DNA of 64,000 nucleotides, from NCBI GenBank assembly GCA_963668355.1, contig OY764265.1, positions 2,048,001-2,112,000 of the forward strand. The letters run 5' to 3'. A program made the translations under genes and the position numbers. Below are positions 28,932 to 38,781 of this stretch, one piece after another. The stretch's first letter is position 1; every line of letters begins with the position of its first letter. A model generated the notes under the pieces. That model was not told the origin of the DNA and searched no databases. It worked only from the letters and a program-made list of their open reading frames with translations. Source of the DNA: Bdellovibrionota bacterium. Its GTDB lineage: Bacteria > Bdellovibrionota_G > JALEGL01 > DATDPG01.

Positions 28932-29591
28932 TTATTCGTAGGGTTGTGAGCGAAAAACGCCCTCGGTTTGGTAGAGTTTTCCCTGGCGATCAATCCCCCC
29001 AGGCCGACTAAATTCGCTGTAAATGCCGTCCCCATCGAGATCTCCAAGAGCTTCTACTCGAAAGGTCTCTTCTTTTGTACGAGCACGAGACTCTTGAGGG
29101 CGATCTTTAAAATAGGGGTCGGGTCGAACCCGATATACGTAGAAACTTGGGTCGGAAATGGAAAAACCTATTTCCTGACACGAGACATACGGCGTCCATT
29201 TTTTTGTTTTACCGGATGTCGGGTCAAAGCATATTAGAAGGGTTCGTTCCCCGGGGGGAGGGACAAACCACTTGTTTGAATGCTCGCTACGGGTAATGAT
29301 CTGGGGAAATTTATAGCTTTTGGCCCGCTCTAGATCTTTCTCGTCCAGACGCAAAAGTTTGTCGTCTTGAGACATATGATAGCTGATGGTTGCCATGTAA
29401 AGTTGATTTACGCCTTCGAGGGCTTCTGTGCTCTTGGCCTTTCTCAAATAGTTTTGATACCGAAAGGCACCAATCGAACCAAGGATTCCCACAATGAGAA
29501 TGGCGGCACTGATTTCCAGAAGAGTGAATCCGAGAGAATTGGTTTTATCCCTGAGAAGCTTCATCATCTTCCCCAAAGAGATAGTCATCAA
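28932..29591 (-). CDS. Type IV pilin-like protein
   Basis: GFTLLEI...YQNYLRKAKSTEA; C-terminal ALGDLDGDG, deltaproteobacterial pilin style. Confidence 0.85.
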   Translation of the reverse strand: MMTISLGKMMKLLRDKTNSLGFTLLEISAAILIVGILGSIGAFRYQNYLRKAKSTEALEGVNQLYMATISYHMSQDDKLLRLDEKDLERAKSYKFPQIITRSEHSNKWFVPPPGERTLLICFDPTSGKTKKWTPYVSCQEIGFSISDPSFYVYRVRPDPYFKDRPQESRARTKEETFRVEALGDLDGDGIYSEFSRPGGIDRQGKLYQTEGVFRSQPYE

Positions 29592-30213
29592 TGTTTTCTG
29601 GCTCTTCCTCTTTGATCAAGTGCTCACATTTTGAATTGTTGCAGGAGGGATAAACCATAATATTCCCGCTTTCGTCGGACAGAAGAAACTTGGATATTCC
29701 CTGCGCGCTTCCGATTCCCGCAAGTTGTTTGACCATTTCATGCCGTTCATCAAAGGAGGCAAGATTCCACCTCGAATCGTTGATGGTTCCCAAGAGCATT
29801 CCATCATTAAAGCGGGTGTCGTCGAGAAGAAGTGCGTGGGACAGGGCCAGTTTGTCGAAACTCGTGTCAGGAGCTTTTCGTTGTAAATTACCGACCACCA
29901 ATGCGATGGTGGCTGCAACGGCATAGACAAAGAGCCATCCGTTTCGACGAACGGAAGTTCTTGAGGCTTGTCTTTTTTGTCGAACCTCTTTTGAACGTTT
30001 TTTAACGCTCGGCTGATTAACGTTGAGAGCCTCTGGAATGGGTTCATTTTCTTCCGAAGAAAGGGAGGAAGACTTTGGAATGGAAGAGGGATCCATTAAG
30101 TACTCAACCACGGGTTCGAACTCGGGAAGGGCCTGAGAAGGTTTGATGGAGATCGATGACAGCATTTCCGAAATGCTTGCAACCCATATGCCGCATCGAC
30201 CTTCTTTTAACAT
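29545..30213 (-). CDS. Hypothetical single-pass membrane protein
   Basis: One TM segment; overlaps the pilin start region. Confidence 0.5.
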   Translation of the reverse strand: MLKEGRCGIWVASISEMLSSISIKPSQALPEFEPVVEYLMDPSSIPKSSSLSSEENEPIPEALNVNQPSVKKRSKEVRQKRQASRTSVRRNGWLFVYAVAATIALVVGNLQRKAPDTSFDKLALSHALLLDDTRFNDGMLLGTINDSRWNLASFDERHEMVKQLAGIGSAQGISKFLLSDESGNIMVYPSCNNSKCEHLIKEEEPENIDDYLFGEDDEASQG

Positions 30214-30452
30214 GCCAATATCATTAGATGTTTTTCCAGTTTTGTTGCAAGGGTTCCGTCCAGGGTCTTTATCTACCTCTTAAGGTCTCCTATCGGGCGC
30301 ATTCCCCCGGGTCTTTTTGGACCCGGTGGGGTTAATTTGACGGAATTCCCGAAAGGGTTTTTTGGACGTAACGCGGACACTCTTTTCTGAGAAATCAAGG
30401 GGTTGGAAAGATGTTCGCGTGAAGTTTTCTCGCAAGAAGTACCAAAATTTGC

Positions 30453-30468
30453 TGGTACGTCCATTGCA
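30453..30468 (+). promoter_or_regulatory. Sigma-54 -24/-12 promoter motif
   Basis: TGGTACGTCCATTGCA, 22 nt before ATG 30491. Confidence 0.6.
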
Positions 30469-30490
30469 ATCGTTTTCCAGAGAGAAACCC

Positions 30491-31213
30491 ATGGAAACCG
30501 ATGGAATCATCGTAGTTTTGGAAGACGATCCAACAACTCGATCCTTGTTTAAAAGAACATTGGACTCTTCCGGCTATCGGGTTTTTTTAGCCAATAAATG
30601 GGAAGAGGCACGCTTACTCATCGAGTACCTACGACCCAACTTGCTGATTTCCGATTGTCTCTTACCTACGTTCAATGGAGTAGAGATTGGGCAAGCGCTC
30701 CGAAAACGTTTTTCCAAGAAAGAGCTTCCCTTGTTATTGGCGACGTCCTTTTTCCAACGGCCAAAAGACGAAATCGATGCCATTGAAAACTCGGGGGCCA
30801 ACGGACTGCTTCGCAAACCGGTAAAACCAAAAGAATTGAAGCAAGCAGTGGAGGAATTGATTGGACAACCTCGATGTCCTCAAAATCCAGAAGAATTGGC
30901 GAGCGTTTCCTCCTACCACGAAACGAGCAAAAAAATCTTAAGTTTGCTCCAGGAATTTCACCGAAGCGCAGGAACGACGATCAAAGAGTTTTCGAAGGGA
31001 GAAGAGGTTCTCCCCGAGGTCTGGATTCGTCGGTTCGGCTCCTTTCTTTATCCAGCCATCAGCCCCCATGACGAACAACATGTTCGGAAATGCTTGCGCG
31101 ACATTGTTTGTCAGGCATTTACGTTAAATGGAATCCCTCAGCTCACCCTGGTTGTTGAGGACTCTCAAATGGGCGAGGTCGAAGAACATTCGCTGGATAT
31201 TTTCGAAGACTGA
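30491..31213 (+). CDS. Response regulator: receiver plus unrecognised output region
   Basis: VVLEDD, ISDCLLP, LATS, LRKPV. Confidence 0.8.
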   Translation: METDGIIVVLEDDPTTRSLFKRTLDSSGYRVFLANKWEEARLLIEYLRPNLLISDCLLPTFNGVEIGQALRKRFSKKELPLLLATSFFQRPKDEIDAIENSGANGLLRKPVKPKELKQAVEELIGQPRCPQNPEELASVSSYHETSKKILSLLQEFHRSAGTTIKEFSKGEEVLPEVWIRRFGSFLYPAISPHDEQHVRKCLRDIVCQAFTLNGIPQLTLVVEDSQMGEVEEHSLDIFED

Positions 31214-31358
31214 TTCGGTTTTTGGGGAAAACCATTCATTTGAGTGACGGTGAAAAGTCTCGTTTTTCAGTTGAAAAATATATAAATAAAAACAGGCACT
31301 TACAAATGTTAAGAATGCAAAAAAATCCTATACAAAGGGGTGTCGAACGGCAGAAGTC

Positions 31359-34300
31359 TTGATAAGTAAGGGAGTTATGAGCTCTCAAAATGGGGAAGTG
31401 TATTCACGTAATTTTTTGCCTTGGATTCGAAACGCCCTTCCCGGCGAAGTCACGCGATTTTCATCCTTGCCAGAAATCAAAAAGTTCTTCACTCGGCTAT
31501 TTATTGACAAGGAGTCTTGTCAAGTAACGCTTGTTGGGGAAGGTCCGGAAGCAAGGGATTTTTTACGTCCAGTTTATCAAGATGACGAATTAATGGGCCT
31601 CACGATGAAAGAAAACGAAGTCTCCGCTCAGCGAATTCTGTTGAGTCTCGGAAAAGAGGCGTTCGTTTTTGTGATGGGACCCAACCCGGAAAAGTCATTT
31701 CCCTTTGAAGTCATCGAACTTCATCGAAGGAATTCGGATCGAAAAAGCGTTGAAGGGATGGGGCTGAATGCTTTTCTAGAGATTCAAGAAAAGAAAGCAT
31801 TCGCAGGAAAGCTGGTTGATTTTAGTGATTCGGGGATGGCGTTGACCGCCGGTTGGGAAGGAAAAACGGAACCTGAGTTGTTGAAAATCGGAACGTTGGT
31901 GGTCCAAGCCCATGAGCGTTTTGAGTTTCCTGTCGAAATAGCCCATGTGTCGGTGATGTCGACGGATTCTGGGAAGATTGGTGTACGTCTCTTGGATTCC
32001 GGAAACTCAAGAGGTTTCCAAAAATTTGTTCGATGGGTGGATCAAACGCTGTTTAGGAAAGTAAGTTTTGCGAGAACGGAACAGGATTTTTCAAATGTTT
32101 TGAAGCTGGTTTCTCAGATGCCAGGCCCCGAACTTTCATTGAGCCCCAAAATTTTCAAGGACAATTTAAATTCGTTAAGAAGAGGGGATCTCTCTGTGGG
32201 AGAAGTTTTACTGTATCAGGAAAAAAAGACGCCCATGGCGACCCTTTCTTTAACCCAAGTTTACTCGCATACCTGGCTTCTTCATACGTTTGGCATTGAT
32301 CAGAAAATGTCTTTTGAGCTTCCTCTTGAGTTGTTTGAGCGAGCCCGTGATTTTTTGCTTTTGGAGAGGGGGGCAAAATATTTATGTGGGCTGTGGCCAA
32401 AGACGTATAAGGCTCTGGATCGTTACTATGGGGAGTTCGTTCGGAAAGACTATCGGCCAGATGTTCACCACTTTGAAACATTAAAAATGGTGAACTTTGA
32501 CGTTGAGGCGTTTCGTTCCAAGACCAATCTTGGAAAACAATATGAAATTGAAGAGCTTCAGGCTTCCGATTTGTCCGAGGTTTGGTTGACCATACAAGAA
32601 AGAGTTTCTCCAGTGTACCTGAAGGCCACCGATCTGTTCGCTCAGGATTTGAAGCTTGAAGGAATCGGAAGCGTATATAGATCGCTGGGTTTGTCGAGAA
32701 GCCGAAAGATTTTTGTGGCACGTACGGGAAGTAAACGAGTGGGGTTTGCGATCATGGAGGTGGGGCGAAATGATCAACGAATGTTTGGGTTGACCAACAG
32801 TTTTCGTCTTTTTAGTGTCCGGCAATCCCCGACAGACCCACAAGAAGTCAACGCAATCCGAACCCGGCTGATCAACGCTGTTTTGGAAGAATATCAATTT
32901 AGGGGCATTCCCTTTTGTCAAATGTATTCGGCTTCGGAAGATTGGGATGGGTACCGTGATATTGATGGTTTTAAGAATGAAATTCCAAACGTGTGTTTCT
33001 GGATTTGTGACCATTCCCGCTCAAAAGCCTTTTTGAGACACTTGGAAACGGTCAACTGGCAGCTGGGTATTTTTAAAAATACAAAACGCAAAATTCGTCC
33101 TCGAGAATTACAAACTTTGGAGGCGGCGAAATCGATATTCAAACCTCGGCAATGCGTTCGCTTGGAAAAATCTAAGAAGATTCCCGGGTTTAGGGGAAGT
33201 TGCCGTGCGGCTGGAAAAGTGTTTGCCATCGAGTCGGTTCAGTCTTTGAATACCTTTGGGGCCAGCTTTGTCGTTTCGTGTGTGGATGGGTTGGAAATTG
33301 GAACGAAGGTTGTTCTTCATCTAGAGAACGATGCCTTTGACATTGAAACCCAAGCCATTGTTCGGCGAATGGACTTTCCCGTGTCTCCCGGTTTCTTGGG
33401 GGTGGATCACGTGATCGGTGTGGAGTTCATGGGACTTCGATTGGATCAAATGCGTCTTTTAAAAGATTTCGTCCATAAAATGCTCAATCCCGAAGTGTTG
33501 GAGTTTAGAAAAGAGCATTTTGCCTCTCTAGGAAATCTTTTAGAAAGAAGCGACTATTTCGATTATTGGGAAGGAACGGACCATAACATTCTCTTGAATG
33601 AAGCCAAGGAAACCTATTTCAATCTGAATGCTTTTCCTCCAGGGATGATTCGAACGACCTTGGTCAAACATAAAGAAAAGGCCTTAGCCAGCCATTCCTT
33701 CTTTCGCGTGTCTCCAAAAACATGGCAACTGCACCAACTCGCGAGTGATGCAGAGTTTGGCTTGTACAAAGAGAAGCTTCCCACAAAACTCATTCTTCAA
33801 AGCTCCTTTCAGTACTTGTCGTTGGATTCAACCGCCAAGTATTTTCTAACTTGGTTTAGTCATGGAGCCGGTATTGCAAAAGCGTATATTGACGCCGTGG
33901 GTCAACATTACGATGCCAACGATTGTCTGTTTGAGTCCTATGATTTGGTTTACTTGAACACTCGGAATTTCAAGGATGCATCTTTTCAAAATTCGCAAAG
34001 ATTTGGAGAGGCAAACGCCCAAGAGCTTGAGGCGATCAAAGACCATTTGAAGGTATTGGTACATCCGATGGTTTATGATGCGCTGAGCTACGACGAGCCG
34101 TGTTTGGATTGGGGTGATACACCAGGGGAAAAACGAGTTCGAAGCGTTTTTGTTTTACGAAATGAAAACCGAAAATTGTCCGCCTTCGCGCTGGCAGATT
34201 TTGCTCCAAAAGGAGCCAACTTTCTTGGTATTCTTGATATGTTTCAATTGTTTGTTGTGCCTGGCGAAGAAAAAACTGTTTCAACTGACGAGTTTGTTGG

Positions 34301-34523
34301 TTTTTTAATGGCACAATATGATCAGAGAAGGAGGGCGAATGCATTTATGGTGGCTCCGGAAGGAAGGGGCGGAGATTTTACTTTTCGAGAGGGTAAAAAC
34401 TTTGGTTCCAACTATCGTTTATTGGTGAGGCGGCCCGCGTTCATGACCGCATTGAGTTTTTTCTCGAAACGTTATGGAAAATTGGAAGAACGTCTAAAGA
34501 GGAAAAACGTGGTCAAAGACTAA
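31359..34523 (+). CDS. Tandem PilZ + GNAT-like multidomain protein
   Basis: PilZ motifs RRNSDR/DFSDSG; second degenerate PilZ (RQCVR); duplicated acyltransferase-like segments YSHTWLLHTFG and SPKTWQLHQLA. Confidence 0.65.
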   Translation: MISKGVMSSQNGEVYSRNFLPWIRNALPGEVTRFSSLPEIKKFFTRLFIDKESCQVTLVGEGPEARDFLRPVYQDDELMGLTMKENEVSAQRILLSLGKEAFVFVMGPNPEKSFPFEVIELHRRNSDRKSVEGMGLNAFLEIQEKKAFAGKLVDFSDSGMALTAGWEGKTEPELLKIGTLVVQAHERFEFPVEIAHVSVMSTDSGKIGVRLLDSGNSRGFQKFVRWVDQTLFRKVSFARTEQDFSNVLKLVSQMPGPELSLSPKIFKDNLNSLRRGDLSVGEVLLYQEKKTPMATLSLTQVYSHTWLLHTFGIDQKMSFELPLELFERARDFLLLERGAKYLCGLWPKTYKALDRYYGEFVRKDYRPDVHHFETLKMVNFDVEAFRSKTNLGKQYEIEELQASDLSEVWLTIQERVSPVYLKATDLFAQDLKLEGIGSVYRSLGLSRSRKIFVARTGSKRVGFAIMEVGRNDQRMFGLTNSFRLFSVRQSPTDPQEVNAIRTRLINAVLEEYQFRGIPFCQMYSASEDWDGYRDIDGFKNEIPNVCFWICDHSRSKAFLRHLETVNWQLGIFKNTKRKIRPRELQTLEAAKSIFKPRQCVRLEKSKKIPGFRGSCRAAGKVFAIESVQSLNTFGASFVVSCVDGLEIGTKVVLHLENDAFDIETQAIVRRMDFPVSPGFLGVDHVIGVEFMGLRLDQMRLLKDFVHKMLNPEVLEFRKEHFASLGNLLERSDYFDYWEGTDHNILLNEAKETYFNLNAFPPGMIRTTLVKHKEKALASHSFFRVSPKTWQLHQLASDAEFGLYKEKLPTKLILQSSFQYLSLDSTAKYFLTWFSHGAGIAKAYIDAVGQHYDANDCLFESYDLVYLNTRNFKDASFQNSQRFGEANAQELEAIKDHLKVLVHPMVYDALSYDEPCLDWGDTPGEKRVRSVFVLRNENRKLSAFALADFAPKGANFLGILDMFQLFVVPGEEKTVSTDEFVGFLMAQYDQRRRANAFMVAPEGRGGDFTFREGKNFGSNYRLLVRRPAFMTALSFFSKRYGKLEERLKRKNVVKD

Positions 34524-34608
34524 CCGGGAAGGCGCATTGCGCAATTGTTTGCCCATGAAACTGATGTATAATTCAATTTGTCTATTTTCTAGAAGAAGCA
34601 ATTAACAC

Positions 34609-37600
34609 ATGAAAAATAAAAGAAATTTCTTCTCGCGGATGTTGGTTTTTGTGCTTTTTTTAAGCACTTGTTTGGTGTGGGGTGCCGGGTGCACGACTTC
34701 ATCCACCTCAGTGGATTCTTGGAAGGCATCTTATAAGATTGGAGACGATCTTTCTTGGAGTCGTCCGGACTTCAATGATTCCAATTGGAATGAAATCATT
34801 CTTCCTCATAAGCTTCCGGTTGAGTCTACGCAGGAACCAATTTTTTATTGGATTCGGATTTCTTCAACTGACAATGAAAAGGCGTTTGATCGTGAAGAGT
34901 GGTCAATGTTGGAAGATCCAGCCTTGTTTCTTGGCCGCATTGGAGATGTGGATGAAGTTTATCTAAATGGAACCAAAATCGGGGCCACGGGATCTGTGGA
35001 AAATGAATCTCCTTCTTTCTATTCCAAAAGTCGGTTGTACCGAATCCCAAAAGATCTTTTAAAATCCACTGAACTCCTCATTGGGATTCGAGGGAAACAA
35101 CACTCGCTTATGGAGGCGGGGCTTTATGCCGGGACGCCCCGGATCGGCGAGTATAAAGATCTTACTCCTTTAGTTTCATTGAACTGGTTTTTCACACAAG
35201 GGATTGGTCTGCTGTTCGGCTTCTTCAGCCTTATGATGGGTTTTTACCATTTGTACCTTTTTCTTAGAATTCGAGAGAAGAAACACAATTTGTACTATTT
35301 TGTTTTTTCCTTTTTCTCGACATCCTTCATGCTTTCTTTGGGGTGGGTGTTTTCGGATTTTTTTGTGAGTCCTTTGGTGGTGACTCGGCTTCATAATTTT
35401 TTTGGGATTACAACGACCATTGCATTTATTTTCTTCATTTTGAATTTTTTGGATCGTCCTTGGTCGAAATTTGAAAAGTGCTTCGTCGCATTGCATGGAT
35501 TCTTTCTTTTGGTGATGCTTTCCATCCCGAACTATCAAACGGCATTTTTAGTTTTTAATATTTGGTATCTTTTCGGTCTGGCCACGATTGTCTATGGGGG
35601 ATATCAGGCTTGGAAAGCCTATCGAAGAGGTCGGAAAGAGTTGAAAGCGTTTGTTTGGGGAACCGGCTTTTTGTTGCTTACCGCTGGTTTTGATTCTTTG
35701 TATGGTCTTCAGATTCTTCCGGGTTTCCAGCTCATGGGGTTAGGGTTCTTTGCCATTAACGTTGGAATCATGGTTTCGTTGGCTCATGATTTCACGAAAG
35801 CTTATCGCAATGTCGAAGAGCAAGTGAAACTTCGAACGCAGGACCTTCAAGCGGCCAATGAAGAGTTAAAGGCCATGGACAAGATGAAACAGCAATTCTT
35901 TGCCAATGTTTCTCATGATTTTAAAACGCCGATTACGGTGGCTTTGGGCGTGTTAAATTCAGCCGGACCCAATCTTCAGGAGCTGTTAAAGCCCGCAAAG
36001 CGAAATCTGAATAAGCTCTTGAAGATGATTCAACAGTTGCTGGATACCGTAAAAGCCGAAACGCGAGGTTTTAAACTCAATTGGAAAAATGTTCCCATAC
36101 GGAGCGCCCTTGAAGAGTGGATTTCGGGATACGATGCGGTTTGTTCGCAAAAGGGATTGGTTTTTGAATTTCGGACCTCGAGTGTTGGCGATTTGCGTGT
36201 TCCTTTGGATCCTATCCAGATGCAGAGGGTGATTGACAATGTTCTTGGAAATGCGCTGAAATTTTGTGATGAGGGAACCGTTCGTTTGACCGTACGAACG
36301 CATTTGTCCCGAGTGTTCTTTGATGTGGAAGATTCGGGTCCGGGAATTTCAGAAGAAGAACGCAACCGCGTTTTTAATCGCTACTATCAAAGTGTGGCCA
36401 CAGATATCAAGTCACATGGTGGAAGTGGTATTGGCTTGTCTTTCGTGAAGGAGATTGTGGAACTTCACAATGGTCAAATCTGGATTGAAGAGTCTGATCT
36501 CGGAGGCTCAAAATTTGTGATTGCGTTGCCTCTTTCTCAGAAATTGGGTTTGATTCCGGAGGAAGACGAGTTTGAAAAGGTGGAAGCTGATCCGAATCGC
36601 TTTGTGGGGTCAGTGGATGTGGTTTATCCGGAGAAAATGCCGCCAGTTGTCAATTCAAAGCTCCCTAGCGTTCTTGTCGTGGAAGACAATCCAGATGTTG
36701 CTCAAATCATTCTGCATGCCCTGGATGGGAAATTTAATGTCTATTTTGCAGCGCATGGCATCGAGGGCTTGAGTGTTTTGGAGTCTGTCAAAGTCGATTG
36801 CATTTTGTCCGATATCATGATGCCCGTAATGAATGGTACAGAGTTTGTGAAAGCGGTTAAAAAAATCCCCGCTCTGGTTCGTGTACCCATCATCATGTTG
36901 ACGTCAAAAGGTGAAGACGTAGATGTCATTGAACATCTTACCCTGGGCGCGAACGACTATGTGACGAAGCCTTTTGCTCAAGAGGTTTTAGTGGCTCGTG
37001 TGAGGGCGCAAGTGGATCGATCCCTTCTACTTAAAAGGCTTTATAATATTGATAAGCTCGTGACGATGGGGATCATGTCGACGGGCTTGTCTCATGAAAT
37101 GAATAACCCTTTGGGATTTTTGGGAAATGGCGTTTCCGGAGTTCAAAAGAAATTGGCGACCTTGAAAGAAGTGATTTCTCAACCGGGCAATGAAATTGAT
37201 GTCGAGAAGGTTCGGCAAATTGCTGAAAACGCCATCAAGGCCGGGCAGCTCGCCCAAAATGGATATGCTCGTGTTTCCAATGTGATCAGTAGCATGCGCA
37301 CCTATTCTTCCGGGACGACGAAGCGAACCGAAATCAATGTACGGGAATTGATCGAAGATGCGATCACGCTGGTGAAGGGGAAGGCCAAGAAGGTCGGTGT
37401 GTCTCTTGCTTTTGAGGAACCTAAAGATATTCATATCTTGGGTTTTGCCCCATTGTTGCAGGTTGTTGTTAATCTCCTAGACAATGCCATTTATTCCATG
37501 AAGGGTTGTAGGGGATCTGTTAGAGTCCGAGCCTACGAAGAGGGAGGAGGCGTGAGTATTTATGTGGTCGACACCGGGTGTGGCATTCATAAAGATCTTC

Positions 37601-37863
37601 TTGATACGGTTTTTGATCCTTTCGTGAGTAACAAACCCCCTGGAGTGGGTACGGGGCTGGGGTTGTACATTTGCCAAGATATCGTAGAGAATCTTTTCGA
37701 AGGAGAGTTGCTGGTTGACTCGGAAGTTGACAAGGGAACTACCTTTACGATTAAAATTCCCAAAACCGCCCGAGAAAGTAAAGGAGGAAAGAAATTTGAC
37801 TTTCGAGGGTATACACTTAGCGAAGAGGATTCTAGTGAGTCACAAAAAGAGGTCCGTGGATGA
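34609..37863 (+). CDS. Hybrid sensor kinase: carbohydrate-binding-like domain, ~7 TM, kinase, receiver, second kinase
   Basis: GDDLSW..PDFNDSNW, LGRIGDVDEVYLNG; H-boxes SHDFKTP and SHEMNNP; receiver SDIMMP; two GxGLGL-type ATP lids. Confidence 0.9.
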   Translation: MKNKRNFFSRMLVFVLFLSTCLVWGAGCTTSSTSVDSWKASYKIGDDLSWSRPDFNDSNWNEIILPHKLPVESTQEPIFYWIRISSTDNEKAFDREEWSMLEDPALFLGRIGDVDEVYLNGTKIGATGSVENESPSFYSKSRLYRIPKDLLKSTELLIGIRGKQHSLMEAGLYAGTPRIGEYKDLTPLVSLNWFFTQGIGLLFGFFSLMMGFYHLYLFLRIREKKHNLYYFVFSFFSTSFMLSLGWVFSDFFVSPLVVTRLHNFFGITTTIAFIFFILNFLDRPWSKFEKCFVALHGFFLLVMLSIPNYQTAFLVFNIWYLFGLATIVYGGYQAWKAYRRGRKELKAFVWGTGFLLLTAGFDSLYGLQILPGFQLMGLGFFAINVGIMVSLAHDFTKAYRNVEEQVKLRTQDLQAANEELKAMDKMKQQFFANVSHDFKTPITVALGVLNSAGPNLQELLKPAKRNLNKLLKMIQQLLDTVKAETRGFKLNWKNVPIRSALEEWISGYDAVCSQKGLVFEFRTSSVGDLRVPLDPIQMQRVIDNVLGNALKFCDEGTVRLTVRTHLSRVFFDVEDSGPGISEEERNRVFNRYYQSVATDIKSHGGSGIGLSFVKEIVELHNGQIWIEESDLGGSKFVIALPLSQKLGLIPEEDEFEKVEADPNRFVGSVDVVYPEKMPPVVNSKLPSVLVVEDNPDVAQIILHALDGKFNVYFAAHGIEGLSVLESVKVDCILSDIMMPVMNGTEFVKAVKKIPALVRVPIIMLTSKGEDVDVIEHLTLGANDYVTKPFAQEVLVARVRAQVDRSLLLKRLYNIDKLVTMGIMSTGLSHEMNNPLGFLGNGVSGVQKKLATLKEVISQPGNEIDVEKVRQIAENAIKAGQLAQNGYARVSNVISSMRTYSSGTTKRTEINVRELIEDAITLVKGKAKKVGVSLAFEEPKDIHILGFAPLLQVVVNLLDNAIYSMKGCRGSVRVRAYEEGGGVSIYVVDTGCGIHKDLLDTVFDPFVSNKPPGVGTGLGLYICQDIVENLFEGELLVDSEVDKGTTFTIKIPKTARESKGGKKFDFRGYTLSEEDSSESQKEVRG

Positions 37864-38306
37864 CTGATGCCTCAAAAAAATTTCTAAGAATTTTGCTAAT
37901 CGATGATGACCCTGAAAATGGGGATGTCTTGGAGTTAGCCCAAGAAGACTGGAGCGTTTTGACCCTGTTATCTCCAGATCCGATTTTTGAGGGAGAGGTG
38001 GATGTGAATGATTTTGACCTCGTGGCAGTTGACTTAGTGATCCATCCCAACGAACAGACTCGTAACTCTTTCGTAAATGTTTCTCCTGAGGTCGGATATC
38101 AGACGCTACGGTGGTTGATTCAACACTACCCAGAAAAACCGGTTGTGGTGATGAGTGCGCTTCTCGAAGACTTTTCCGCTGAAGCTGAGTTTAAGAGTAT
38201 GTTTCCAGGAATAACTTATTTTAAAAAGCCTTTTGATGCATTTGATGCGAGTTTCCGGCTAGCGGTAGAGAATATTACCAAAGAGGGGAAGTTACGCCGT
38301 GAGTGA
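37860..38306 (+). CDS. Stand-alone receiver-domain protein
   Basis: LLIDDDP, VDLV, VMSA, FKKPF; overlaps kinase stop (ATGA). Confidence 0.8.
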   Translation: MTDASKKFLRILLIDDDPENGDVLELAQEDWSVLTLLSPDPIFEGEVDVNDFDLVAVDLVIHPNEQTRNSFVNVSPEVGYQTLRWLIQHYPEKPVVVMSALLEDFSAEAEFKSMFPGITYFKKPFDAFDASFRLAVENITKEGKLRRE

Positions 38307-38778
38307 GCAACTTTTAAAGACGTACTGTTTTTCGGAATCCAAAAATAAGGATCATAGACTGAACGTCCTTTTCATTGATGACGATCCTTTGAACGCCGAG
38401 TCTCTGGCCATAGCACAGGATGAGTGGGTTGTGTCGTGTCTTGAAAGCCCACAACCGCTATTCGATGGAAAATTGGATTTAGACCCTTTTCACATGATTT
38501 TTGTGGATCTGGTTTTCCATCCGGCAGAACTCCAAGAAAATGGCTTTTACCCAAAGTCTCCCTTTTTGGGCTACAAAGTTTTGAACTGGTTTAAAGTGAA
38601 TGCGCCCCAAAAACCTTTGGTCGTCGTGAGTGGTTTGTTGGGAAATCCAACGGAGGATCGAAGGTTTAAGGCAGCCTATCCAAACGTCATCTTTTTCCCC
38701 AAGCCTCTAGATTTTGGAGATAAATCGATTCAAGGGATATTGGAACGTTTGGGGGTTGATCCCCGAGCAAACGCATAG
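38299..38778 (+). CDS. Stand-alone receiver-domain protein, paralog of the previous gene
   Basis: LFIDDDP, VDLVFHP, VVSG, FPKPL. Confidence 0.8.
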   Translation: MSEQLLKTYCFSESKNKDHRLNVLFIDDDPLNAESLAIAQDEWVVSCLESPQPLFDGKLDLDPFHMIFVDLVFHPAELQENGFYPKSPFLGYKVLNWFKVNAPQKPLVVVSGLLGNPTEDRRFKAAYPNVIFFPKPLDFGDKSIQGILERLGVDPRANA

Positions 38779-38781
38779 TCT

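Noticed and set aside
30246..30262. Sigma-54-like TGGACGGAACCCTTGCA on the minus strand
   Set aside because: GG-to-GC spacing is 11, not the required 10
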